From Maricaulis sp. (GTDB lineage: Bacteria; Pseudomonadota; Alphaproteobacteria; Caulobacterales; Maricaulaceae): a DNA stretch of 64,000 bases. The position numbers and the translations under genes were made by a program. Location: assembly GCA_965657935.1 (NCBI GenBank), contig CBFHQE010000001.1:17853-81852 (forward strand). The letters are read 5' to 3'. The notes below the pieces were generated by a model that searched no databases, was not told where the DNA came from, and worked only from the letters and a program-made list of their open reading frames with translations. Shown in pieces: positions 26,695 to 36,343 of the stretch; positions within the stretch are counted from its first letter, which is position 1, and each line of letters begins with the position of its first letter.

Positions 26695-28758
26695 TTAGCG
26701 GCCATCCATCACATTGGGAATGTCCGTGAAGGGTTGAATACCAAATTCCGGATAGATTTCGGTTGGGTAATAGACCCGGCCATCAGCCATGACCATGGAA
26801 ATGGTCTTGATGGCCTTGAAGTCTTGCGTCGGATCACCCGGAATCAGGAAGAAATCGGCGATCTTGCCCGGCTCGATCGTGCCCAGATCATCTCCGGCAC
26901 CCAGATAGTCAGCCATCTGCCAGCTGCCCCAGCCGACAATCTCGGCCGGCGTCATGCCGATATTCTGGTAGAGCTCCAGCTCGCGGTGCAGGGTGAAAGA
27001 CCCACCCAGATCCGTTCCTGGCACCATGAAGATACCGCGCTCATACATCATGCGCAGAACCTCGGTCAGCTGATCGAAAGCGCCGCGGTAATTGGCGTCA
27101 TCCTCGGCATTGGCGATATCGGCCCAGGCGGTACGCGCGCTGCGCTGATTGGAAACCGGCATGTTGTCGATATAATCGACCACACCTTGCGACAGGGTTC
27201 CATTACGCGAGAGAAGCAGCGCTTCATGGATGGCATAAGTCGGATCCAGAGCCACGCCGCGCTCCACCATCGCATCCATCGTCGCCAGCACGCGCTCGCT
27301 ATTGAGGTCCAGTCCCGGCAAACGGCGCAGAGCGGTCAGGCGTAAAAGGGAGCGCGTATCCTCGCCCTCTTCCAGCACCCAGCCCAGTGCGATCTGGTTG
27401 ATATGGGTCATCTCGTCATAACCCGCTGCGATCATGGCATCCGCATTGGTAAAGGCCGGAACGTGACCGGCCACGCGCATGCCCTGCGCATGCGCCTCCG
27501 CGATAACCGCCGGGATCCAGTCCGGGTTCATGGAATTGTAGATCTTGACCTGGTGAAAGCCACGCTCGGCATAGGCCTGGACAGCGGCGACCGCCTCTTC
27601 CTCGTTGGAGACAAGGATACCGTTATTGGAGTTGAACGGGCTGCGCCCCTCAATGAAGCCGGAACGGAACAGGCGCGGCCCAGCGACGCGGCCAGACTGG
27701 ATATTCGCTTCCAGGCCATCGAGGACATCATTGTTATTGCCCATGTCACGCACGCTGGTGACACCCGCAGCGATGTTCAGGAAGGCACTCGTCTCGCCCA
27801 TATGGCCGTGCATGTCGAACAGGCCCGGAACCAGGGTCCCACCCGCGCCGTCAATGACGACCTCGCCATCGGCGCGCGCATCAGCGGCTTCGATACGGTC
27901 GATGCGATTGTCCACGACAAGCACGGAAACCGGTTCGCCCAGCGTCTCGTTTCGACTGTCGAAAATTCGGACATTGGCAATGCGCACCGGCGCTTCATAA
28001 TCATGCACAACACGCTGCTGGATTTCTTCGAAACGACGCGCGCCGTATTCCGCAGCAATGCCGCGCAGACGCTCGTCCTCACCTTCATAACCCGCTTCCA
28101 GGATCGCAAATCCCGGAGTGATGATGCCGAAGAAGGCGTTTTCATACATCAGGAAATACGTCGGGTTGAGACCGGTTCCGGACAGGGCGTAGCTGGTCAC
28201 GGTGCGATCACCCTGCTCGCCGGTCACCTCCAGGGCCTCAATCTCGGACAGGCTCAACTCGCCGCCCGGCAGAGCCGCCAGACGACCATCTTCCTGTTCG
28301 ATCAGGGCCCTGGCCGCAATGGCCAACCAGTACGGGCTGGCACTTTCAGGAACATAGAAGGCATCACCCGCCGGAACAGCCTGGTCGGAACCGGTATTGT
28401 CGGTCCAGCGTGCCTCGCCATCGATAAATTCGAAACTCTCGTCAATCGGGTTGCCGAATGTTGAGGCACCCTCAATGCTCCAGCTTTCCGGCAGGCCGTT
28501 TTCATCAAGTCGCACACGCTCGACCATGGTCGGACCGCGGCCATTATTGCGGTACTCATAGTCGATCGCATATCCATCATCCGAGGTCGCGATCTCCAGC
28601 GCACCAATCGGCGTCCCGCCCACCAGGACGGTAAAGGTGGATGCCTCTTCCACGGACTGCATGCCGCCATCGACCGCTGCGTCGTTCTCGCTCGCAGGCT
28701 GACAGGCGGCCAGTGCTGCCAACGCAATGCCGGCACCAAGCCAATTCATCGACTTCAT
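26695..28758 (-). CDS. periplasmic amidohydrolase family protein (lipoprotein signal)
   Basis: Signal MKSMNWLGAGIALAALAAC. The C-terminal metal-dependent hydrolase domain carries PGLFDMHGHMGE. 687 aa. Confidence 0.8.
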   Translation of the reverse strand: MKSMNWLGAGIALAALAACQPASENDAAVDGGMQSVEEASTFTVLVGGTPIGALEIATSDDGYAIDYEYRNNGRGPTMVERVRLDENGLPESWSIEGASTFGNPIDESFEFIDGEARWTDNTGSDQAVPAGDAFYVPESASPYWLAIAARALIEQEDGRLAALPGGELSLSEIEALEVTGEQGDRTVTSYALSGTGLNPTYFLMYENAFFGIITPGFAILEAGYEGEDERLRGIAAEYGARRFEEIQQRVVHDYEAPVRIANVRIFDSRNETLGEPVSVLVVDNRIDRIEAADARADGEVVIDGAGGTLVPGLFDMHGHMGETSAFLNIAAGVTSVRDMGNNNDVLDGLEANIQSGRVAGPRLFRSGFIEGRSPFNSNNGILVSNEEEAVAAVQAYAERGFHQVKIYNSMNPDWIPAVIAEAHAQGMRVAGHVPAFTNADAMIAAGYDEMTHINQIALGWVLEEGEDTRSLLRLTALRRLPGLDLNSERVLATMDAMVERGVALDPTYAIHEALLLSRNGTLSQGVVDYIDNMPVSNQRSARTAWADIANAEDDANYRGAFDQLTEVLRMMYERGIFMVPGTDLGGSFTLHRELELYQNIGMTPAEIVGWGSWQMADYLGAGDDLGTIEPGKIADFFLIPGDPTQDFKAIKTISMVMADGRVYYPTEIYPEFGIQPFTDIPNVMDGR

Positions 28759-28827
28759 GATTTTGTTCCCCTCATGATCCTTCGGCTGAGAGGATTAGCA
28801 GCATTCCCGCGGAGAACGAAATCCGTC

Positions 28828-29937
28828 TCAGCGCAGCGGTGAGGTCTGATAGAGGCGGACCTTGGTGCCGCCGTGATCCACGACCGGTCCGGGCTTGCTG
28901 AACGGCAGGCCGGTTGCCTTGGCCAGCTGCGCCGAGGATGTGACAATTCCCACCCGCCAGCCTGAAAACCGGGTGCGCAGGGCATGACCGATGGAACTGT
29001 AAACCGCGGTCAGCTTCTTGCGGTCACCAATCCGGCCGCCATAAGGCGGATTGATGATGATCAAACCGGGATTACACGCCGGCGGCTGAAGGTCGCGGAT
29101 CGCGGTGTGTTCGAACGTGCAAAGCGGCGCCACGCCTGCCCGCTCGGCATTTTCTCCGCTCATGCGAATAGCGCCTGGATCACGGTCTGAACCGAAAAAG
29201 CGCTGTTCACTGGAGTGTTCCTCGTCATCCACGAGCATTTTCGTCCAGACCTTGGCATCAAAGGTCTTCAGGTGCTGAAAGGCGAATTCACGCGAGCGGC
29301 CGGGCTTGAGGTTCAACGCCAGCTCGGCGGCTTCGATGACAAATGTGCCCGACCCGCACATCGGGTCCAGCACAGTCTCTTGTCCCGTATATCCACAATC
29401 CCGCAGGAAGAGCGAAGCCAGGGTCTCCCGCATCGGGGCTCGGTTGACGGCCGTCTTGTGGCCGCGGCGATGCAGCAGCTCACCTGACGTATCCAGGCTG
29501 ATCGTGCACTGGTCATGCTCGATACGAACCATGACGCGGATATCCGCGTCGGTCTCGATCGTCGCGCCAGTTTCTTCGCGGATCGCCGTCTCAATTCTCT
29601 GGGTGGCGGCTTTCTCGTGGTAAATCTTGGATTTGCGGCATGTCGCATCAACCCTGACCGTATGCCGGCGATCGATCAGATCGGCCCAGGGCACACGCCG
29701 GGATCGTTTGTCCAGCTGGGCCAGGTGCACGGCGTGGAAAACGCCGATCCGCACCAGTACACGGGTTGCGCCGCGCAGTTCCAGATTGGCGCGCCACACC
29801 GCTGGCCAGTCGCCGCGCAGATTGACGCCGCCCGTCTCGACCTTGCCAACGGCAAAACCCTTCTCACGCGCCTCATCCGCCAGCAGGTTTTCCAGCCCGG
29901 GTGCCACAATCAGGAAAATGTCGAGTTGATCATTCAT
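28828..29937 (-). CDS. THUMP-domain class I SAM-dependent RNA methyltransferase (RlmL/UPF0020-like)
   Basis: SAM motif DPMCGSGTFVIEAA and catalytic NPPYG (IIINPPYGGRIG), with a THUMP-like region N-terminal to them. Confidence 0.85.
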   Translation of the reverse strand: MNDQLDIFLIVAPGLENLLADEAREKGFAVGKVETGGVNLRGDWPAVWRANLELRGATRVLVRIGVFHAVHLAQLDKRSRRVPWADLIDRRHTVRVDATCRKSKIYHEKAATQRIETAIREETGATIETDADIRVMVRIEHDQCTISLDTSGELLHRRGHKTAVNRAPMRETLASLFLRDCGYTGQETVLDPMCGSGTFVIEAAELALNLKPGRSREFAFQHLKTFDAKVWTKMLVDDEEHSSEQRFFGSDRDPGAIRMSGENAERAGVAPLCTFEHTAIRDLQPPACNPGLIIINPPYGGRIGDRKKLTAVYSSIGHALRTRFSGWRVGIVTSSAQLAKATGLPFSKPGPVVDHGGTKVRLYQTSPLR

Positions 29938-29985
29938 GGCGGATGCTTATCGCAAGCCAGCCTGAGCGTCGATACGGGGCAGCGG

Positions 29986-30360
29986 TCAGTCTTTCACCCG
30001 CCAGGGCGGATCCACGCGATTCTTGCCAGCATGATAGATCTTGATCTTGTGGCCATCCGGGTCGAGCAGGACTGCCTCGCGCCAGAGCCAGCCCATATCC
30101 TCGGGATCGGCCTCAAACTCGAAACCGCGCTCCTGCAGGCGGGCCACTTCCTTGTCGACCTTGTCGCATTCCAGATAGATCACGGCGCCGGGCAAGACGG
30201 CATCCTCGCTCAGATGCAAGGAGAAGGTCGTATCCCCGTCCGGTGCCAGAAAACGCGTATAGTGCGGGGAGTCGACCAGAAGGCGGAAACCCAGGCGCAT
30301 GTAGAAGGATTTGGAGCGAGGGATATCGCTCACCGGAATGGTGATCTGATTAAGGCGCAT
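29986..30360 (-). CDS. VOC/glyoxalase family protein (124 aa)
   Basis: MRLNQITIPVSDIPRSKSFY...DPDGHKIKIY has the typical VOC fold signature. ATG 30360 overlaps the upstream gene's end by 11 nt. Confidence 0.8.
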   Translation of the reverse strand: MRLNQITIPVSDIPRSKSFYMRLGFRLLVDSPHYTRFLAPDGDTTFSLHLSEDAVLPGAVIYLECDKVDKEVARLQERGFEFEADPEDMGWLWREAVLLDPDGHKIKIYHAGKNRVDPPWRVKD

Positions 30361-31399
30361 CGGCTTCAGCGGCGCGTGGGTTTGCAATCTGGTCAAGTGG
30401 ACGAATCATGCGGTCGACCGCGAGATCAGACAACAAAAATGCCCAACCCTCGCTCGCATTTATTATTCGTGCTGCTTCGTCCTCGGCATCGTCCGTGACC
30501 GCTGTCGTGCGGATCCGGGCCCAGCGGGTTTCGCCCTGGGCGATGATATCCAGCGTCACGCGCATTCCGCTGAATGTTTCCGCGGTATGGAAGGCCACAA
30601 CGGAACCGGTCAGGCGATCCATGCGCCGCACATCCCGGAAACGCAGACGCCCGAGCGCAGTGGCCGGGCCATTGCCGGCGCCGGCGGTGATCGGCTGCCA
30701 ACCTGTCGGTTCGCGCAGGGAGAAATTGCGAGATGTCCGGGCAGCTCTGACCAGACGGTATTGCGGGCCGGCTTCCGGTCGAATCTCCGCGGCGGCGATC
30801 TCGTTGCGCCCCAGTGACAGGAAATCAAGCGCCAGCCATTCATCCGCAGGCTGTCCCAACAGATTGGTGTCCACATCCGGATCAAAACGCGCCGCATAGG
30901 TTCGCGCTGCGCCAGGCGCGCGCAGATACAGCGTATCGCCACGCGCCGCGCCTAACAGCACATCCTCAAGCACATTACCCTCGCCATCGCGCAAGATGAC
31001 GCGGTTGCCGCCGTTTTCCTCACCTTCCGTGGCCAGGGAGAGGCGCCCATGTTTTGCCGGGTCCGCTGTCCGGGCACCCACATATTCCAGGCTCATCAAC
31101 AGATTATCGAGCGCCGCGAGGCGTTCCGGGCGAACCGGATAGTCATCACGGCTGGGCATGACCCAGCCGGTGTCCGTGCGGGCGATGACAAATCGCTCCT
31201 GTTGATTGATGATTTCAATCTCGCGGGCGGATTGGACGTTGTCCGCCCAGTCCGCCAGAACAGGGCCAGTGACAGCTGGCGTCCAGACCTGGCGCGCGTC
31301 CAGGACTGACAGGGTGATCGCAGCCGCCAGCATCAGCGCCGCCGAGGCGCCAGTAAGGAGCAGGTGGTTGAGCCTTTGCTGGTCGAGACGCTGGCTCAT
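30350..31399 (-). CDS. DUF4340 domain protein (accessory to GldG-type ABC system)
   Basis: N-terminal TM anchor, position immediately after a GldG-like gene, and an ATGA overlap. The family assignment rests on context and overall pattern. Confidence 0.65.
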   Translation of the reverse strand: MSQRLDQQRLNHLLLTGASAALMLAAAITLSVLDARQVWTPAVTGPVLADWADNVQSAREIEIINQQERFVIARTDTGWVMPSRDDYPVRPERLAALDNLLMSLEYVGARTADPAKHGRLSLATEGEENGGNRVILRDGEGNVLEDVLLGAARGDTLYLRAPGAARTYAARFDPDVDTNLLGQPADEWLALDFLSLGRNEIAAAEIRPEAGPQYRLVRAARTSRNFSLREPTGWQPITAGAGNGPATALGRLRFRDVRRMDRLTGSVVAFHTAETFSGMRVTLDIIAQGETRWARIRTTAVTDDAEDEAARIINASEGWAFLLSDLAVDRMIRPLDQIANPRAAEADAP

Positions 31400-33240
31400 C
31401 TGCGCCCCCTGCGACGACGGAAGATCGCGCCGGCAATGCCTGCAAAAATCACCACGGCTGGCGGCACTCCGATCGTCCAGAACTGCAGGCTCGCATCCAG
31501 CGCGTCGATATCCTCACGGAACTCCCGCTCGATTTCACGCAGGCGTTCGCGCGTCCGGGAGATTTGACGGCGCAAGGCAAGGGCCTCGGCCTGTCCAGAG
31601 CGGGCTGCGTCACTGGCAAGGGCCGATGCGGACCCGGACCGGGTCAGGGTTTGCAAACGGAGCTGGGCCTCCTCGATTTCGGTTTCCAGCTGGGTCTGAA
31701 GTTCGAAATACTCGGTCTCGGCCTCGCTGCGCAGGCGGTCCACAGTGGTCATCGACCGGTTGGCCGGCGTTCGTGATCGCAGGCTTATCAGCGCGCGATC
31801 GCCTACTGCGCTGTCGACAAGGTTCAGCGCCAGATTGAGATTATCCGCGACGATATAGTCCCCCAGAGAGGGGTCGGACCGGACATAGTAACCATTATCC
31901 AGCCAGTCAGCATCGGCCACGACGATGATTTCGCCAGGCGCCTCTGCGAGATCGCGATGATCTGCCGGATTGAACACCAGGTCGGAAGCCGGCGGCCCTT
32001 CCGGGAACGCCGTGGAAATCACACCCTCCAGCCGGGCTGCCAGGGTGATCGGCAAGGGTGACGGCTCATAATCACGCAGCAACTCGTCCGGCGAGGGTGA
32101 GCCCGCGGCGATATCCGCGTCCAACAAAGCCCCTTCGGGCGAGGTCGCAATCAGCGGTGTGATCTCAAACCCGCTCTCGACATCAAAAAACAGCGCCCCG
32201 GGCGACCCGAAATTCACACCCAGATCCAGATTGGACGTGGCCAGGTCATCGGCGCTCATGAAACTGCCCGGCACCGAAAACCAAAGCGGATAGGCCAGAG
32301 TGCGGGCGCGGCCATCGGCCTCGCGCACCTGTACATCAAGGCCCAGAGACCGGTCCATGGACACGGTTTCGCGATCCCACTGCACGCCCCAGTGCGCCAT
32401 CGGGACCCCCAGATCAGAGCCTCGGTCCGCATCCAATGGCGGGAGACCGTCAGGACCCGGCCTCAAGGCCATATGCGCCATCGGGTCCAGCATGACCAGC
32501 ATCCGTCCACGGATCACTGCAAACTGGTCGACGAGGTAGAGTTCAGTCTCGGATAGAGCCCAGGGATGCAGGACCAGCATGGCCGATGCATCGGGAATCT
32601 CTTCAAATCCGCGCTCGACCCAGACCAGCTCATATCTTCCTGCCAATTCACTGACAAAACGGTTCGGAGCGCCATCATCGGGCGAGATGGGCAGGGAGGT
32701 CAGAATGGCCAGGCGCGGCGCCTGCTGTCGTTCGATATCCGCAATGGTACGCGAAAGCTCATACTCCAGCCGCGCTTCATTGGCCGGATCGAACAGAGCG
32801 ATCACCGCGGCTTCATCCACTGAATTGCGGGCCACGAGGCCAAAGAATATCTGTTCACCGGTTTCCGTCGGCAACGCGGTCAGCCCATACTCGAGCGCTG
32901 CATCCTCTTCGGCAGAAAACGGCGCCGGGTCGATCTCGATCAGACGAATGCGCCCGCCGCTTCGCTCTTCGTAGGCACGAAGGAATTCACGGACACGCGT
33001 CGCATAACTGCGGATCGCAGGGCTGTCCGCAGCGATGGAGCGCGAATAGTAGAACCGCCACTCTACCGGTTCTGCCAGACGGTCGATAATGTCCTGACTG
33101 CCTTGTGACAACCGATAGAGCCCGCTCTGGGTCAGATCGAGGCGGGCGCCGCGCAGCGCATGACCGGCAAAATGATTGCCGGCAACAAACAACACGATGA
33201 TCGAAAGGATCATCAGGGGCAGATAGAGCGAACGTTTCAT
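31396..33240 (-). CDS. GldG-family ABC-transporter auxiliary protein
   Basis: 614 aa with N- and C-terminal TM anchors, a large periplasmic domain and a C-terminal coiled region. It follows an ABC-2 permease with an ATGA overlap. Confidence 0.7.
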   Translation of the reverse strand: MKRSLYLPLMILSIIVLFVAGNHFAGHALRGARLDLTQSGLYRLSQGSQDIIDRLAEPVEWRFYYSRSIAADSPAIRSYATRVREFLRAYEERSGGRIRLIEIDPAPFSAEEDAALEYGLTALPTETGEQIFFGLVARNSVDEAAVIALFDPANEARLEYELSRTIADIERQQAPRLAILTSLPISPDDGAPNRFVSELAGRYELVWVERGFEEIPDASAMLVLHPWALSETELYLVDQFAVIRGRMLVMLDPMAHMALRPGPDGLPPLDADRGSDLGVPMAHWGVQWDRETVSMDRSLGLDVQVREADGRARTLAYPLWFSVPGSFMSADDLATSNLDLGVNFGSPGALFFDVESGFEITPLIATSPEGALLDADIAAGSPSPDELLRDYEPSPLPITLAARLEGVISTAFPEGPPASDLVFNPADHRDLAEAPGEIIVVADADWLDNGYYVRSDPSLGDYIVADNLNLALNLVDSAVGDRALISLRSRTPANRSMTTVDRLRSEAETEYFELQTQLETEIEEAQLRLQTLTRSGSASALASDAARSGQAEALALRRQISRTRERLREIEREFREDIDALDASLQFWTIGVPPAVVIFAGIAGAIFRRRRGRR

Positions 33241-33980
33241 CGCCCACCTCCCCGGCGTTCAGCGATCAGGACACCCGCACAAGACAGGGACGCGGTGATC
33301 AGACCGACAAAATAGATCAGGTCCGGCACAGCAATGACGCCGTAACGGAAGGCATTGTAATGCTCCAGCGCCGACAGCCCGGCGATGAATTCGGTGAGCC
33401 AAACCGGCGAGCCTTCTCCCAAACCCGAAAGCACCAGCGGCAGACCCGCCATGGTGAGCAGGAAGGCGGCTCCACACCCAAGAACAAATGCCACCACCTG
33501 GTTTGATGTCGTCGCGGAGAGGGCCTGCCCGACCGCGAGATAGCCCCCTGCCAGGAACAGCGCGCCCAGATAACCCGTCGCGATCGCGGCATTATCCGGT
33601 GATCCCAGATAGTTCACCGCGATCCAGAGCGGCCAGGTCAAGACAAGGGCGGCCGCAGCCACACTCCACGCCGCGAGAAACTTGCCAAAAGTCGACGCCC
33701 AAAGCGGAATGGGCAGGGCCATGAGGAATTCCAGGGTGCCGCGATCACGCTCCTCCGCCCAGCTCCGCATGGCCAGGGCCGGCATCAAGATCACCAGCAG
33801 CCAGGGCATCCAGTCGAACATCGGCGCCAGGTCAGCGCGATTAGTGTCGAAGAAACGCCCGACATGAAACGTAAAAGCGGGCGCACACAAAGCGAAAACC
33901 GCCAGGAACACATAGGCCAGCGGGGTCTGGAAATAGCTGGTGAGCTCGCGCCGATAGACGGCAAGGAGGGCTTTGATCAA
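33237..33980 (-). CDS. ABC-2 type transporter permease
   Basis: 247 aa with six TM helices and ATGA overlaps on both sides. Confidence 0.8.
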   Translation of the reverse strand: MIKALLAVYRRELTSYFQTPLAYVFLAVFALCAPAFTFHVGRFFDTNRADLAPMFDWMPWLLVILMPALAMRSWAEERDRGTLEFLMALPIPLWASTFGKFLAAWSVAAAALVLTWPLWIAVNYLGSPDNAAIATGYLGALFLAGGYLAVGQALSATTSNQVVAFVLGCGAAFLLTMAGLPLVLSGLGEGSPVWLTEFIAGLSALEHYNAFRYGVIAVPDLIYFVGLITASLSCAGVLIAERRGGGR

Positions 33981-34717
33981 ACGACGCTCTCCCGGGTTAG
34001 CGGACGCTCGAGCGTCATATCGCGAAAAGCACTCTCAACCGTGCGGTCACTACCCTGTTCGGCCAGCCTATGCGGCGAGCCGTCAAACAGGACCTTGCCA
34101 TGCGCCACGATCATGGCGCGTGAACAAACGGCCGGAACTTCCTCGAGAATATGCGTGGAGATGATGATCGCCTTCTCCGACGCCATCTCCCGAATGAGAT
34201 TACGCACACCGTCTTTCTGATTGGGGTCCAACCCGTCAGTGGGCTCATCCAGGATGAGGACGGCGGGATCATGCGCGATCGCGGCTGCGAGGGCAGCGCG
34301 GCGCTTGAACCCCTTGGACAAGGTACCGATCGGCTGGTCGGCGGCTTCGCCTAGACGGGTGCGTTCGATCGCCAGCGCCGTCGCCCGCTTCGCGGCCTCG
34401 GCAGCAAAACCACGAGCTCGCAGGCCAAAGACAACGAAACCCCGAGGGGTCATGGCCGGATAGGCTGGCGCGCCTTCCGGCAAAAATCCAAGGCGTGACT
34501 GAGCCTCCAGTCGCCGGGCGACACCATCATATCCCGCAATCGAGGCAGAACCGCCATCAGGCTCCAGACAACCGGCCAGCATGCGCATGGTCGTGGTCTT
34601 GCCGGCACCATTGGGGCCGAGAAAACCCAATACCTCGCCGCGCTCGAGCGTAAACGAGATATCATCCACCGCACGGTGGGGACCAAAATTCTTGATCAGC
34701 CTATCGGCTACAAGCAT
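33977..34717 (-). CDS. ABC transporter ATP-binding protein
   Basis: Walker A GPNGAGKTT, signature LSKGFKRR, Walker B LILDEPTDGLD. Confidence 0.92.
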   Translation of the reverse strand: MLVADRLIKNFGPHRAVDDISFTLERGEVLGFLGPNGAGKTTTMRMLAGCLEPDGGSASIAGYDGVARRLEAQSRLGFLPEGAPAYPAMTPRGFVVFGLRARGFAAEAAKRATALAIERTRLGEAADQPIGTLSKGFKRRAALAAAIAHDPAVLILDEPTDGLDPNQKDGVRNLIREMASEKAIIISTHILEEVPAVCSRAMIVAHGKVLFDGSPHRLAEQGSDRTVESAFRDMTLERPLTRESVV

Positions 34718-35014
34718 GGACGATGCTCACCTTCTTCGGCCCTAGCGTTAGCGCGCGAATACCGGCTTGGCCAGCCCCAAGTCAGGTTTAGGTTTCCAAG
34801 GCTTAGTGAAGGGGTGTCGACCGGAGGCTAGCTCCATGATCCGGGGGGCTGGGGGGCTGTCTAAAACCAGGATCTGAAGCCGTCTGCGACCGGCCGACGC
34901 GCAAAAACTGGCGATCCCATGTGGCGGCATGGTGCCGGGAATAAGGCGACTTTTGGGCAGCGCCTAAAATGTTTGTAAGCTAGTATGTGTTACTCAACTG
35001 TCAGGAGAAAATGT

Positions 35015-35350
35015 GTGTTTGAAAGCTCGCAAGCCGGGAAGTCCGCGCCACTCGGCGTCATGTGGCATCGTCGCGAACTCGACGAGATCCTGAAAGTCTA
35101 TGGCCGCTTTGTCGCCCAGGGCGAATGGAAGGACTATGCCATTGACGGGCTGAAGGATTGCGCCGTCTTCTCTATCTTCCGGCGGGCCAGTGAGATGCCC
35201 ATGTACACGGTGGTGAAGACACCCGCCGACTCGCAGAAACAGGGCCAGTACAAGGTCGTTTCGATGACCGGCCAGATCCTCAAGCGCGGCCAGGACCTCA
35301 AACAGGTTTTGCGGGTGTTCGACAAGAAACGCTTCTCGGTTGTCGACTAG
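35015..35350 (+). CDS. DUF2794 domain protein
   Basis: GTG 35015 lies 6 nt after AGGAGA. WHRRELDEILKVYGRFVAQGEWKDYAID...FSIFRRASEMPMYTV... matches my recollection of the alphaproteobacterial DUF2794 family. Confidence 0.6.
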   Translation: MFESSQAGKSAPLGVMWHRRELDEILKVYGRFVAQGEWKDYAIDGLKDCAVFSIFRRASEMPMYTVVKTPADSQKQGQYKVVSMTGQILKRGQDLKQVLRVFDKKRFSVVD

Positions 35351-35370
35351 GCTTTCTGATAAGGCAAAGA

Positions 35371-35402
35371 AAAACCCCCGGCCGCCTGGCCGGGGGTTTT
35401 CT
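35371..35402. terminator. bidirectional rho-independent terminator
   Basis: AAAACCCCCGGCC GCCT GGCCGGGGGTTTT lies between convergent genes ending at 35350 and 35421. Confidence 0.8.
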
Positions 35403-35420
35403 GTTCGGATGAGCCAGGTC

Positions 35421-36176
35421 CTATTCGCGGCTGCCCAGCAACATCATCAGGAATTGGAACATGTTGATGAAGTTGATGTAGAGCGACAGCGCGCCGAAGG
35501 AGGTCGCAACCGACTTGGCGGCTTCGTCGCCACCAAGCTCATGATAGGTCACTTTCAGACGCTGGGTGTCATAGGCAGTCAGGCCAGCGAAGATACCCAC
35601 GCCGAGGACGGAAATGGCAAGCATCATAACGCTGGACTGCAGGAACATGTTCACGACCATCGCGATCACGAGACCAATCACGCCCATGATCAGGAAGGAA
35701 CCAAAGCCCGACAGGTCACGTTTGGTGGTGTAACCCCAGAGGCTCAGACCAGCGAAGGACGCCGCAGTGATCATGAAGACCTGGGCGACACTCTGACCGG
35801 TATAGTTCAGGCCCCATACGCCCAGACCCGCGCCAATGGTCACAACCACAAACCAGTACAGCAGGTTTGCACCAGACTTGGACGGGTTTTTCATCATGAA
35901 CATGGAGCCGAAAATGGCGACGAGCGGCAGGAAACCGATGATCGTGCCGAGGCCTGTGCGGCCATATCCGACCACACTTCCGTCGGGCGCCAGATAAGGA
36001 ACGTAAAGCAGCCCCGTTACGGCGGGAACGCTTGTCGTGACAAACGCCAGCGCGGCGGAGACAACCAGTCCCAAACCCATCTTGTTATAGACACCCAGCA
36101 TGAAGCTGCGAAGGCCAGCATCCACCGACATGTCCATCGACGGAGCACTGCCATAAGTGCGGGAAAAATCGTTCAT
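35421..36176 (-). CDS. Bax inhibitor-1/YccA/YbhL family membrane protein
   Basis: 251 aa with seven TM helices. The N-terminus ...LRSFMLGVYNKMGLGL and the C-terminus ...LYINFINMFQFLMMLLGSRE are typical of BI-1 family proteins. Confidence 0.9.
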   Translation of the reverse strand: MNDFSRTYGSAPSMDMSVDAGLRSFMLGVYNKMGLGLVVSAALAFVTTSVPAVTGLLYVPYLAPDGSVVGYGRTGLGTIIGFLPLVAIFGSMFMMKNPSKSGANLLYWFVVVTIGAGLGVWGLNYTGQSVAQVFMITAASFAGLSLWGYTTKRDLSGFGSFLIMGVIGLVIAMVVNMFLQSSVMMLAISVLGVGIFAGLTAYDTQRLKVTYHELGGDEAAKSVATSFGALSLYINFINMFQFLMMLLGSRE

Positions 36177-36193
36177 TGTTTACGTCTCACATT

Positions 36194-36287
36194 AGCTGAG
36201 GGCGCACACAGCGCTTTGCGGGGAATATTGTCGTTTTGACCGCAAATGGCAAGAAGGGAAGCGGATCAACTGCGTCCCCCCTCAGCT
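36194..36287 (-). promoter_or_regulatory. candidate structured 5' leader of the BI-1/YbhL-family gene (possible ybhL-type RNA motif)
   Basis: On the minus strand a 9-bp closing helix AGCUGAGGG (complement of 36279-36287) pairs with CCCUCAGCU (complement of 36194-36202). It encloses a 7-bp hairpin UUUGCGG/CCGCAAA (36215-36246) and a weaker alternative that shares the GCGG. The structure ends 17 nt upstream of the start codon. Confidence 0.35.
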
Positions 36288-36343
36288 GGAAAGACCCTCC
36301 AAAAATCATTGCTATGACATGACGATTGGCCTAATCCGGCCTC

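Noticed and set aside
27403-28464. 353-aa ORF antisense to the amidohydrolase gene (similar antisense ORFs at 29515..30498, 35340..36239, 46632..47498, 45263..46033, 39931..40692, 49943..50761, 52327..53016, 53503..54225, 21850..22527 and 22592..23278)
   Set aside because: All overlap confidently assigned genes on the other strand and have R/H/G/Q-biased, motif-free translations.
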